Shown: positions 42,077 to 54,338, numbered from the whole stretch's first letter. The stretch: DNA of 61,848 nucleotides, filler included, from Choristocarpus tenellus KU-1152 (GCA_964200185.2; 10 parts of 10 records of this genome joined end to end with filler, not necessarily neighbours in it), one strand, 5' to 3'. A program made the numbers and translations. The notes: a model not told the origin generated them from the sequence alone.

Positions 42077-42334
42077 GAGTCGAAGTATCTTAGAGGGTAG
42101 GGCCGCGTCCATTTGGGGGTCAAAATGCAATGTTGCGATTTCGATGTGATTTTGGCTATGATGTTTGTTAGGAAGTGTCAATATCCTTGTTCCGGACACA
42201 CCTTTTCATAACGGATACATTTTCCTACTCCAAAATGTTTTGGGGTAGGAAAATGTCATAAAAAAACCCTTGGGAAGCTAAGCCCCAAAGGGACAAACAG
42301 GAGAAAACTCGTACCCTCTAAGATACTTTCACTC
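42077..42334. mobile_element. MITE family A (TIR approximately GAGTGAAAGTATCTTAGAGGGTA), nested in the mariner
   Basis: About 23-bp TIRs, inserted at ggaTTAAg of the transposase frame. Collinear with 43688-43945. Confidence 0.88.
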
Positions 42335-43687
42335 TTAAGTCAGTCCTCTCAAACCAGGAGAAAGTCAACAAGGTGGGTTTTGCCGTCAGCTACATGCACA
42401 GAAATGGGAAGTGGGGTATTTGTGGATTATCTTTAAGACTGGGTTGCATGTGGATGAGAAGTGATTTTACACCCTCAACATGTGCAGGGTATGTACCTGC
42501 TCCACACTGAGGACCGCCACAAATCCTCACAGGCACAGAATTAGCGTTGCATTATGAAGGTGATGTTCCTTGTAGCTGTGGCCCACCGTAGGAAGGTCTT
42601 GAACAGGGTGTGGTTCTATAGGAAAATCGGGATCTGGCCAATTGTGGATACTTGAGTTCCCTCAGCATTCCAGCAAACACCGCCCCAAGGATAACAAAGT
42701 ACTTGTGCCAGCCACAGTGGATGGGGAGAGGCATCAGAAGCTCGTGATTGAGAATGTCATCCCGGCAATGAAGGCTCGCATTCCTAGGTCAGAAGGACAC
42801 ACCATCTTCGTGCAGCAGGACAGGGCAAAGCCACACAACAAGGGGGGTTCATGGAGGCGATCAAGGAGGTGGTGGGTGACGATATTATCATATAGACCCA
42901 GCGAGCCAACTCAACCTGACCTCAACATCAACGACCTGGGATTCTTTCATTCCATCCAGAAACTGAAGGAAGACATGGGGGTGACCAACCCAGAGGAGCT
43001 GGTGAAGGTCACAGTGGAGGTGTTCGATGTGTACCCCTGGCGACATTTGAGCACGTGTGTCAGAGCCTCTTTTGTAGGGTACGGTGAATTACTGGGGTCA
43101 AAGGGTGACAACGTCTTCAAAATTCCCTATCTTAGCAAGGAAAGGGTTGAGAAGGCGGGCAAGCTCCCCCTGAATGCGCCAGTGGATTTGGTGAATACTG
43201 TGGTGGGATAGAGTTTTGGAGGGCGTTGAGGGCAGAATCATAGATAGGTGTAGGTTGTCCCATTTTGTTTTGAGATTTTGGGCAACTTTTTAGTGTCTGC
43301 ACAATACACACTCTTAGATATGAACATCTGAAAAAAATCTTGTTTCTTCATCGGGGCTGCCAAAGTTAAGATACATTTAATTCCGAACAGAGCAAGTACA
43401 TATTATCATGGAGAAGTATCGCAGTAAATAGTTGAACTGGAGAGGACAGAACACAGCGAGTATATCAAGCACAAAAAATCAAGATATAAATGTAAAGCAT
43501 CGTTGGGGGGTTATGAGCAGTTGTTGAGGGGTCCAGAATTCCACGGTAAGTACTATGAATAATTGAGTCCTATCACATGAGGGAGAAGATGTCGCAATGT
43601 ACGTTGAAGATCACACTGTTTCCTTTCCTACCACGCTTTTCACCAGATGCATTGTGCAAACTATGGTCTTTGGTTTTATCTTAACTA

Positions 43688-43945
43688 GAGCCAAAGTATC
43701 TTAGAGGGCAAGGCCGCGTCCATTTGGGGGCCAAAATCCAACGTTGCGATTTTGATGTAATTTGGCTATCGTGTTTGTTAGGAAGTCTCAGTATCCTTGT
43801 TCCGGACAGAACTTTTCATAACGTAGACATTTTACCTATTCCAAAACATTTTGGAGTAGGAATATGTAACAACTAACCCCATGAGAAGCTAAGCCCCAAG
43901 TGGACAAACAGGGAAAAAATCGTACCCTCTAAGATACTTTCACTC
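43688..43945. mobile_element. MITE family A copy
   Basis: Ends gagccaaagtatcttagaggg and ccctctaagatactttcactc, flanked by CTA on both sides. Confidence 0.85.
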
Positions 43946-44158
43946 CTATGTACCTGTAGTGTCTACTCAGCTCATCTATTGAATGGGCAAAGGAAAACAT
44001 TCCTGCAGTCGCTTCCAAAGTTGTTGTCAAAGTACTATAAATAACCCTTGTCTAAGCACACACGACTCCACGCAGGGTATCAGCCTTCTGTGGGACTCTT
44101 TCTTCCTGTGAGTGTCCACAACCAAGATAGAGGGAGGCAACACCCCCCTCATAGGATG

Positions 44159-44372
44159 GGCCCAAAGCTTTTAAGAGAGGGTAGGAATTTTTCCCTTTTT
44201 CGGTTTTTGTGTGAACACAGTTACCTAACATGTATGCAACTATGAAATGTGTGTCTGGAGCAAGGATATTTACACATGTTAACAAACACGATAGCCAAAA
44301 TTAATCAAAATTGAAACATTGAGTTTATGACCCCGAACGGACGCGACCCTACCCTCTAAAAAACTATGGGTC
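44159..44372. mobile_element. MITE family A, degenerate inverted copy
   Basis: Shares ttttcggtttt.tgtgtgaaca.agttac and atgacccc.aacg.acgcg.ccctaccctct with 35115-35373. Confidence 0.65.
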
Positions 44373-47300
44373 ACTTTGTGTTGCATGTGAGAGGTGGTTC
44401 TGCGTTGCCCTTATTGATCCGTAGAGGGGGCTTACGAACAGTGTTGATTACCATGCCGTAGACGATTCTGTCCAATCATTCCTCTCCTTGTCTTAGCATC
44501 AACATATTGTGCTGATGTTGATTGTACTGAATGGTCTGGTTATTTTTATCGCATACTCTAGAGTATTAGATACGGTTGACCTTGTTCATGAAGGGGTCAT
44601 GATAAGGGAGGAAGACATATGTGCACCTCTCACGATATGCAGACAAACCTAGAATAAACAATAAAAGTGCTTCCAAGCACACAACCTATATGGTATATAT
44701 ATGATGAGATATTTACTTTATTTTAGTACATAAATGAAAGGTCGAACACCATACTACATCTGCAGGTGCCTTGGATGATGCGGACAAATGTCTTACTTGT
44801 CCTAACTACCAACCGTTCCCTGTCCTACCAACTACAGGTGCATCTAGGGTGTATCAAATGGGCTTTTTCGGTTGGTTGGAGATAATAGGAGATAGAGCAA
44901 TCCTAATCATGTCGTGTCATTACGTAGGAATGTTCCCTGAGAGTTGGCCCACCACTTTTACTCCTTCCCTATCTTGGAGAATGGGAGACTCTAATATCTA
45001 CGTTATCTTCTTTTAACAGCTGATCACCAAAATTGAGGATGGAGCATTTTATGGAGGACGAGCGAGACCCGGAATGGTGCGCGGAAAGTGCCCATATGTT
45101 TTTTTTGTAAAATGTTGCGGCACTTTTGAAGGGCCCCGCTATGAAGGGGAATCCATCCCGAAGGTGGTAGTAGGAAAGTGTGTGGGGGGCGGCAATGATC
45201 CGTTTGATCGTCGTGTACATGTATGCCCTGCATTGGCTTGCTTGCTTCAATAATTAGTGCGATCAGTGGAGTCGTTGGACTGTCGATGGTGGAGGTTGTA
45301 GAAAATAATAGTACTTTGGAGTAGTTTTCTTTGGAGCAGTATTTCATTGTCATTATGGATGGCTGACTGACTGAGAAGAAGTGTTATTTTCCCACATTAT
45401 TAATTTGTTTATTAATTATTGCTATATCGTCACCAAGCAGAAGAAGAGGCTACCACTGAGNNNNNNNNNNNNNNNNNNNNNNNNNNNNNNNNNNNNNNNN
45501 NNNNTTAATTAATTAANNNNNNNNNNNNNNNNNNNNNNNNNNNNNNNNNNNNNNNNNNNNCCCAGTAGTCACCCCCCCGCTAAAAGAGAAGGGCCCCCCC
45601 CCGGGGGGGGGGGGGGGGGGGGGGGGGGAGGGAGGAGATGGTTCAGTATATGGCACCACAGCCTGTCCCTGCAGTTAAGGGTTGCGATAGGGTGGTGGTG
45701 TTGCTATGAGGCACTCAAAGATACACCCCAAAAAGGTACACAAGCAAGTTATTTATTTCTGATGAACAAGATTTCCTGAGGAGGACAGGTGCTTAGTGGG
45801 GGGAGGAGGGGGGAGGTTAGGGATAGGGTAATGCTAATGAAAACATCTCAGATCAAAAGAAAAAGGGAACCATTGCTTGCACTTGTGACACTCTCCCCAG
45901 ATGATCTAAGGAAGCTTCTTTACAGAACTTGATCTATTAAATCCAACTGTGTTCACGATGAATGCTTACTTGGTAGGATTTCAAGCAATCAGGTCATACA
46001 CGGGTATGGAGTAGTTTGTGGCTGGCTCATCTTGGCCTGCAAAGATTTCCCTGGCAATGTAAAAAACCCTCTTTAAAAAAGACACCTTCCATAGCTCTTT
46101 GTATCACCTGCGAGATATGCTAAGAGTCCACTAGTAAGCGATTTAAGACTACCCTGGTTGACTGTCGAGAGCTTTTGTCCACCCAACCATTCACAACTGA
46201 AGTGTTCTGAATGACATTTTTTTTTAAACAGTCATTCAAAAAAATGCAAGCGTTGTACTTGATGTAATCAACCATAATGAAATGTCCCCAATACAATGTA
46301 GGATATGATACATGGCAATGCAGCTACAAAACCAACCAGTGTCAGATGCAATGAAAGAAAAAAATGCATACTTTTATTTACAGCATTTATATTAGCAGCA
46401 GTACAATGCGACTGAGAAAAAAACGGAACTGTTAGAAGCATGCTGAACGTCATTTACTACTGCCTTGAAAAAAAAATCGTTTAAAGTCCCGCCCCCCCAT
46501 CCCCCCGCAAGAAGCTTGGCACATCAGTACAATTCACCGCTTCCATCCCACAATACAGTCTTAGTAAGATGAGTAAAATTCTCAGCAAGAAGTTGCAGTG
46601 ACAGTTACAATCAAGGGTTATAACCAAGGGGATGTACAGAGCCCCTTCAACACGCAAGTGCAAAAGAACTCGCTTCCTATCAACACAACCTTCTCCATTT
46701 CTTGTTGATAATGCTCTTGTTTGAGTTTTAACATGTCTGATAACAGGCCTCGATAAACCTCCCCCTAGAAAAAATGCTCTTACATCAGAGTTGTTCATGC
46801 ATGCTTGCAGCAGTCGTATGGACGTGAGGGCACGAATGTTCCTCTTGGAGTATACTCCCATGAGTCTCAGCACCCAATTCCATCGATCCAGCGGGTTGTC
46901 TTGAGCTGGGGCAGGTGTTACTGTGGTCTCAGATGGAGGTGGTATAGAGAGAGCAGGAGTGAGGAATATCAGTAATGTGAAAGAGGGCGATCTACAGTTG
47001 CTTGCTGTTTGGTTCACGACAACTAAGAGGTGGTGGGCTGAGCTCATTTTTTACTGTACACACTATCGTAAGGTACTTGCCGTCAATCTTATATCATAAT
47101 GACACTATAGCACTAGAGTACAGCAAAGAAATTTAGAACAATAATATGTAGTTATCAGCCACATCCGTTCTGTCGGCGGGGTAGTCAAGTACTTATCGCA
47201 AAAGTTGCTTGGAGGGGAGATTTACAGCAACAATGTAGAAACATCTGATGACCGTGCCGCTGAGCTGCAACGGAATCCAAAATGGGCCATCGTCGAAGCG

Positions 47301-48719
47301 GCTGTGATGAATCAACAACCCGGTAATCAATACCATCGCATTGTGCAAAACGGAATGTGGAAGGACCGTCATACGGTTGTTTGTGGTGGGGCAGACGCCT
47401 CTTCCACAAAGACTACCTCAACTTACCATAAACTGGGGTTAAGAGTACACAGAGATACCGAAACCTTCAAAGCGAGGCATCAATAAGCTTTGACCGAATC
47501 TCTTCACTAACCAATATCAGTTGGATCCTCCCTCGGATGAGCCTTGAGGTTCTTGGTCGTCGTTGTAGTCATCTGCCGAGTGTATTTATCCCATTCTCCA
47601 GGAAGCTGCCTAGCTCCACGTACGGAGAAACGGGCACCACCTATTTGAACCCTTGCATAAGGCAAGGAGATCACGCCCGAATGTCTAGCAGCAGAGAGGG
47701 TGGGAGGTGAAGACCGTCCTCGAACAACAGGTAAGAATCTGATTGATAGTGTGGTCGGCGCAGACGCGGGATCGAAGTTCATAACCATCATGATGCATCT
47801 TGGCAGAGAGGGGACATATGAATGTGCACAAGTAGTTAAAATAGGAAACGATGCTTACCCTCTCAGATGAGCCCTTGTTGCCATCATTCCAAGTTGTGGG
47901 AAGTATCCTCTCGATGAGGTTCAAACACTTGATTGTTGTGGCAATGAGTAATAACCAAGTAATAAACATAAATTCCAGACGCCTCCATATTTGTTGGAGA
48001 AAGATCTTCGTTCAAAGTTCATGTATCCCTCCTACTAAACCTCTACAACAATAACTACTACTAAAGGACTCAGACTCAGCTTCGCCCCTAAATAATTGAT
48101 CGTCACATAAACAAACCTGACATTCGTCCTGAAAGGGGGTCCATCTTCCATAAAGAATCCAGAGTCAAGAGGCAAAGAGAGCACCACTGGAGGAAGGCAA
48201 CCTACTCTAAGAGGAGCAACAGGTAAGGGAACAAAAGAATAGCAGCAATAAACCAAATCTCATTATCATTCACGTCCATGCCGTATTCAGACCAGATTAT
48301 TTCATGCACAAGCAGACAACCGATCACATGACGGAGGCAAATGTCACATGACACGAATGACATATTTGCAACTTCATCTTATTATTCCTGGTATGTAACT
48401 ATTAATGGACGCATAAAATGAAAATTACATGAGGTCACCCTTCTTACATACTTACATCTTCCGTAGACCAGAAAACAACAAAAAAGGGGGATTCCACACC
48501 TTGGGAGGCGTTTAAACGTACCGTACGCCAAAGTTTGTCTTACCTTGACCGAGCTTCTTCCTACGTCTTGCATACGATCCTAGGTATTTAATATCTAAGT
48601 GGACACAAGCATATAATGCCCCACCTTCCATAGAGTAAGTAGTTGATCGCGATCCTTGATGCTGGAGGACTGATACCACTACCTCCTTGTTGAAGGGAGA
48701 ACACTTAACACCGTCCAGA

Positions 48720-49105
48720 GAGCCAAGTCAATTGAGAGGTGGCCAGGTTTAGGCCATTTTACATTCTAAGTCAAACTCCTTATCCTGTGCAATACACTCT
48801 ATTTCTTTTCTTATGTGCGAAATTGTGTACGCAAAATCGATGTTCCCCTTTCCACACACAAAATGACGCCATAGTTAAAGCAAAGATTCTTTCAGCACTA
48901 CTTGGACAAAATGAAGTCTTTTTGCCTTTTCTCATCTCAAACATTGAGATACCACTATGCCACCAGGGCAGAAAGTCATGCAACTAGTGGGCTGATGACC
49001 CACGGATTGTGCTGAGTTAGCTCTCCAGCCTCTGATTTTTGTCAAAAATTGAGATCTCGGGATCCTTAAAATGCAGCTCTACCTACCTCTCAATTGGTTT
49101 GACTC
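48720..49105. mobile_element. MITE family B copy
   Basis: Ends gagccaagtcaattgagagg and cctacctctcaattggtttgactc. Partial relatives lie near 28895-28950 and 33075-33300. Confidence 0.75.
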
Positions 49106-49650
49106 TGAACAACTATGATACTGTGTACACTTGGTCAAATGATATCCTCCCACAGGACGAATAAAAGTGAGGGGTGGTCACCACCATCACAAGGTTCCTC
49201 ATGAAGAGGAGGCCCTGTTGTTGGGTATTTCAATGCCAGCAATCCATCAAGCACAGCTCTAGCATGGGTCAAAAGATCAAGACGGAGAAGGCATTCTATG
49301 CAGTATTTGATACAGTCGGACAGGCGAACACGACTTCCTCTTATTATTTGGACGTGTTGACATCTATTATGTCTACAATATATCTCCATCCCTCCAATAG
49401 TTTGATAATTTCTTGTTTTGTTAACGAGTGTAGACACACACAGACATATCATCTGCGCACATCCCTTCCTTAATAATTAACATCTAAAAATACTCTTTAT
49501 GTCAACTGGCTAAAATGATCATATTTTATGGTGTGAAAGAAGAGTCTGGTCAAATGCGGTCCAACCCAAATTGCTCCGCATACACACTGAACAATTGTTC
49601 TGAATTGTGTTAACTACTGGACTCCTTTAAACCAATGTGTTCCTGTATTT

Positions 49651-50385
49651 TATTATTATGCCCTCTGACATTTTGCACATGTGTCAGGGGGGAAACCAAT
49701 GAAAACTATATATATGCATAATAATAAAATATATATATGCATGTCGTTATTAGCCCTAAAGAAATAAAATATCCTAAACATAAGAACACTATAAAACATT
49801 GTAAGTGTGTTCCTGTATCATATACTATTCGTTCCTTTCTTATATTATGTATATTATTATGCCCTCTGACATTTGCAGATGTGTCAGGGGAAAACCAATG
49901 AAAACTATTATGCACTCTGACATTTTGCAGATGTGTCAGGGGGGGGGAAACCAATGAAAACTATACATATATATGTCATTAATAGCCCTAAAGAAACTAA
50001 GTGTGGAGACTACTAATCTATCAGTTGCTTCGCCACTATCAAATTTTGTACTACTGTCATCCTTTCCTTCCACTCCTGTGCCCCAGGGGGGGGAGCTAGG
50101 GAGGCATCCCAAGAATCCAACAGAACCCTCCGTGCCCATCTCCCTGGTGACTCTAGTTTGAAGCGCGTAACACGTCGAGACAATGCCACTTGCGTAGTCA
50201 CCGAAACAAGTTGGGGTAGCCATGTCTTCCTTTTTGTTCCCTTCCCTTCACCTCCTTTTTCTTCACAATATACAAGTATTTTTTATTTCTTTAGGACTAA
50301 TAACGACATATGTATATTATATTATTATGCCCTCTGACATTTTGCAGATGTGCCAGGGGGAAACCAATGAAAACTATATACATAT
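49651..50385. repeat. About 57-bp hairpin-containing repeat (four copies) plus a second motif in inverted orientations
   Basis: Unit attatgccctctgacattttgcagatgtgtcaggggg.aaaccaatgaaaacta at ~49651, 49853, 49907 and 50320. Motif atgtcgttattagccctaaagaaa at ~49741 and ~49973, inverted at ~50281-50309. Confidence 0.85.
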
Positions 50386-50485
50386 NNNNNNNNNNNNNNN
50401 NNNNNNNNNNNNNNNNNNNNNNNNNNNNNTTAATTAATTAANNNNNNNNNNNNNNNNNNNNNNNNNNNNNNNNNNNNNNNNNNNN

Positions 50486-51846
50486 CCACCCCCAACCCTT
50501 GCCATGCAGATGGTTTTGGCCCTGGGGCTGTCCCTGTATCACCCTCTTCTGTGTCAGCGTTTTTTCTGACCATGCTTAGGCGGCAGGATACAAGCACCTC
50601 CGCTGGACTGGCGCCCTGAAGTCGGACCCACCGATCCTGCTCAAGGCGCTTCCCGGCAAGGTCACGGGTGTCCACAGTAAACCAACCAACAGAATCCGAA
50701 GTTTCCATGAGAGGTGTGTCTTTGTCAGTGGAGTAGATGTAGACCTGCAATTTGGTGCACAGTGTGAGTTCATTTTGGGAGGAGAAGAAGGGGTGGAAGG
50801 GTGTGAGTGACCAAGTTCAAAGAGTTGATTGGAGTTGCATGCTGGTTTATTGCAAGGGCGAGGATAAAAGCGTACTGCATTGAGGTTTATGCATCAAGGC
50901 TTTGCTAGGATCTTAGCTGTAGATATTTCTTCTGTGGATATATTCTGCATATAATAGCGCAGAAGGAAGAATGCCCTTGATGGGACCTAGCACATTGTGA
51001 TGCATTCAATGTGTTGAAGATGTGCTTTGGTTAAGGGGGAAGGTCACCCTCAGTTAGACAGGCTTCTTCCCACCATGCATTCCATCCAGGTGCTGCCGGA
51101 GAGAGCCCTAGTGGAATAGAGATATGCCTCCACTGATATCGATATAGAAGCCTTGAGGAGTAAGATATCATGGGCTTATTAAAGGTGGTCCCATAAGCCA
51201 CAATGTGCGCTTGGTTACTGTGTGAACAGCCGTTATGAGGACGGGAATCTCTCCACCATGAATATTACTTGTTCATTCAACCCAAGACAAATACGGTACG
51301 AGAGGCAATGACACACACGCGCCAAGAATGCAATTGAGCGTCGGGGTGGCGCAACAGTGGCGCGTGACCCCAAGGATGAGGCCAAGCCGAAACCATCGTG
51401 ATGCAAATCATTCCCACTACGGCTAGTCAAACATACGTCAGTCATGAAATAAAAGTAAGACAAAGGCACACACTCAAGTGCAAGGGATAGTTATTTCACA
51501 CTTCAAGTCACCTCACCTTGCACGATGGCGTGTAGGCCTTTACTTTTTTGAAATCATGCTCTTCCAGCCTCCAGACTAGGGTATCTGAACCACGCAGCCA
51601 GGCTATCTCACGAGACTTTAAACCCCTGCCCCTCACCGAATTTCCCGTCTCCCTGGTCTGATCAACCAGCGTGGCCTGAGCCCGAAGACACCTCCTGTGA
51701 TCCCCTTGCCGCCGCCCGCCCAATTGTTGCTGTTCGCCACCGGGTGAACCCTTCGACAAAGCAAGCTCCCTCTTTCTCTCTTGCTGATAGAAAGCCTGCG
51801 GTAGGTGTCGCACAGACCGCACCCTTATTGCAACCTCGTGGAGCAT
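50486..51846 (-). CDS. CEP120-like (DUF3668-type C2 domain) protein, 5' part
   Basis: Exon 1 51846-51517 (MLHEVAIRVRSVRHLP...LVWRLEEHDFKKVKAYTPSCK) and exon 2 from 50744 (VYIYS...SVGWFTVDTRDL...RWVRLQG...EVLVSCRL). The pattern resembles the first C2 domain of CEP120. Recognised from memory, not from a search. Confidence 0.65.
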
Positions 51847-52250
51847 CTGGCCTTGTTCGTCTGTCAACGGCAACCTGCTAGACACTTCACAAAAAACTGC
51901 TGGCTCCTAGGCCGAGCTCAGTCTGTTTCCATAGCTTCCTGCAAAACACTAGTCACCTCTTCCCCGTGCGGTGGTTTGGGAGCTGTCAAGGGCTGTTGAC
52001 TCGGACCAAACCCGAACACAACCCTGAACATGGCATACCCACAAGGTTTCCAATTTTCAAAAATTCAAGAGGGTTGTTTGTTTTTAGGGTTAGGAAATCC
52101 ACAGTGATGACGTCACGAGTTGTGTGGAACGCTAATACCGTTTCAACCATCACGATCATCTACCATCTCTCTACTGCATTTGTGAATAATTTGCATGAAC
52201 TTAGACGAAGTTATGACGAGGCGCACTCGTAAAGAACTTACAGTCGATCG
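51847..52250. promoter_or_regulatory. Putative bidirectional promoter
   Basis: Short, transposon-free interval between two divergent start codons. Contains TGACGTCA at 52108-52115 and TTTAGGGTTAGG at ~52083-52094. Confidence 0.5.
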
Positions 52251-54338
52251 ATGCATATTATGATAGAAAATAGTGTATCAATGCAAGGGCGTCGCACAAA
52301 GAAGGCGATCAAACTCGCAATTTGGCCTTGGGAGAGTTGTCCTCCTCATCGACCTGTGTCTAGGCAACGCCGTAGTAGCAGTAGACGCGCGATAATGTTT
52401 GAAGGCCAGGGGAATCCTGGGTCGTCTGGGCAAAAATTTGATCCACACGAATGCCTAGGCGAAAAGGTAGTAACGTCTGATGGAAACAGAACCAATAATA
52501 TGCTCTCCATGAGAGTAGTACCTAGCCGTCCACCAATCGACTCTTGTTTTCCAGGAGGTAGTAGCGTGGGATCAGTGTTGCCCAGGTCTGAAGTGTGTAA
52601 ATGTGGGTCTCAAGAAGATTGCTCCGATGAATTTGAAGCAGGGTCCTCTCTGGATGATAGTAAGCCACGAAGACCGGTCGAGATAAGGCGGGCGTGGCAG
52701 CAACGCCGACAGAGAGGACAATTCTACTTTCGAAGCGAGTTCAATGGACTTGTTGCTCAGGTGCGGGAAATTATTGTCTTCGAATCACCCCTCCACCCAA
52801 ATTGTTGTCTTCGACGAAAAATGCACATAAAGGTATAATTGAATGACAATATTGATGAGATAAATTAGAAATGTTGGAGGGGGGAGGGGAATCCATGGTT
52901 TAAACTTATTTTCTTGTCTGTCTTCACTATTAATATCTAGGTAATGCGATCTCGAGGGTGGAAAAGGGCTGGCGGTTCCCAAGACGATGGCGAGTGCCGA
53001 AAACTCGATATAGGAGTTGCCCACCACAGTTCCAATATTCGGTCAGAGTCATCAACGGTGTCGTTGTCAGATTCAGGATCCGATTCTTTGTTACTTTCAG
53101 GTAACTCAGGGTCTGAGTCTGCGTTGATGTCAGAGGTAGGGTTAGTGCTGAGGGAGCACTCCTTGTCTCCTAAGGAGAATCCAGAATCTAGACGCAAAGG
53201 AAGAGACGATAATGAGGATCAGTGGGACGTTCACTGGAGCTACATGAAGTGGGCAGTTGAGACTATGCGTTTCGCAAAGTTGCTTATGCCGTGGCAGAAG
53301 GTCAACCACTTTCGCAACAGCAAGGAGCTTTGCCGCAAGGTTGGTCGGGATATACACACACGCATCTATGAGAGAGCTCTATGTTACGTTACGTTTATCC
53401 TCCCATGTATGTGTTTGTGTAGCCCTGACTAAGGATATATCTTGTTCTTGTTCAATTTCTACAAAATAGGGAAACGATCAAACCATACATGAGAGGTATA
53501 AATATTTTTCTCAGGTGCGTAAATAGCATAATCCTGTTTATGGATAACAATTGTGCCATGAACGTGACTGGACTGGAGGTTACTAGCATGCATTACTCCA
53601 CGAAATTGTACCTACTAATCATATATGCTACCCCTCCTTTTCTACACGTAATCACAGGACCTTATGCTAAAAAACCTCAAGAAGCGCAGGGCTCAACTAC
53701 TTGGCACCGCAGAATTGGTAGAGGGAAATGCCTACAATTTCTTCCCAACCAGTTTTGTCATGCCTAAGGCGAGTAAATTAATTCTGTGTGTGTTCTGATA
53801 CACCTAAAATAAAGGAAGTTCATGACGTAGAGGTGACAAAAAAAGTGGGAATATTTTGGTATATCAGCATGCACCAGGATTGTATCAGAAAATCTGAGGA
53901 CCTGGCGAGAGCCGAAGAGGCAGACTCAATAAAAAGGAGACCGTGACTGCAGGTTAATCTGGTTTATGGGGCTACTACTGTTACTAGGTGCCAGCAGATA
54001 GTGGTAATAAAAAAAAGTGAATCCTGTTGGATGCTTCATAATATGGTTTAAAGTTGTACCACACAGCTAGTTGTACTGCTGAAAAGCAGAGTATTTTTTC
54101 TGTCATACTCTTGATTTGCAGCCCAATTGAAACAATAGTGCAAGGGACAGACATTGCTCATGACCCGATACCTTCTCCTGCAGGACTACGCTCTCTTTGT
54201 GGAGGAGTTCAAACTGAGCGGCGGCATATGGATCATGAAGCCATCAGGATCTGCTGAGGGCAAGGGCATCTTCTTGGTCACCAAGCTGGCACAAGTCAAA
54301 GCATGGGAAACATCCTTCCTGGCACAAGCCATGCGAAG
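52251..54338 (+). CDS. TTLL9: Tubulin-tyrosine-ligase-like glutamylase (TTLL9/TTLL1-like), 5' part
   Basis: Exons 52251 (or ATG 52395)-52760, 52941-53339 (WDVHW...KVNHFRNSKELCRK), 53658-53768 (DLMLKNLKK...FFPTSFVMPK) and 54184-54338 (YALFVEEFK...WIMKP....GKGIFL). The subfamily call is tentative. Confidence 0.9.

Larger units (their letters stand above)
41738..43398 (+). mobile_element. Second degenerate plant-type mariner copy, 5'-truncated, interrupted by two MITEs
   Basis: Motifs HVDEK*FY, KVMFLVAV, GKIGIWP, FVQQDRAKPH, PDLNINDLGFFHSIQ and GDNVFKIP. The 3' TIR ...tacatttaattccgaacagagcaagTA ends at ~43398. Confidence 0.88.

Noticed and set aside
44969-45353. Gypsy RT fragment
   Set aside because: Only a vague resemblance (PF...KSAATF) and no YxDD motif.
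46481-48256. 188-aa ORF and neighbouring ORFs as genes
   Set aside because: No recognisable domain, splice pattern or consistent strand. Possibly decayed element sequence.
49651-50385. CRISPR array
   Set aside because: The units are ~57 bp, the spacing is irregular or zero, there are no cas genes, and the context is eukaryotic.
51924-51937. RFX X-box (GTTTCCATAGCTTC) in the divergent promoter
   Set aside because: The second half-site does not match, and RFX factors are not expected in this probable lineage.
32264-54338. A ciliary gene cluster including NEK with the CEP120-like and TTLL genes
   Set aside because: NEK is on a different contig. Only the CEP120-like/TTLL pair is physically linked.
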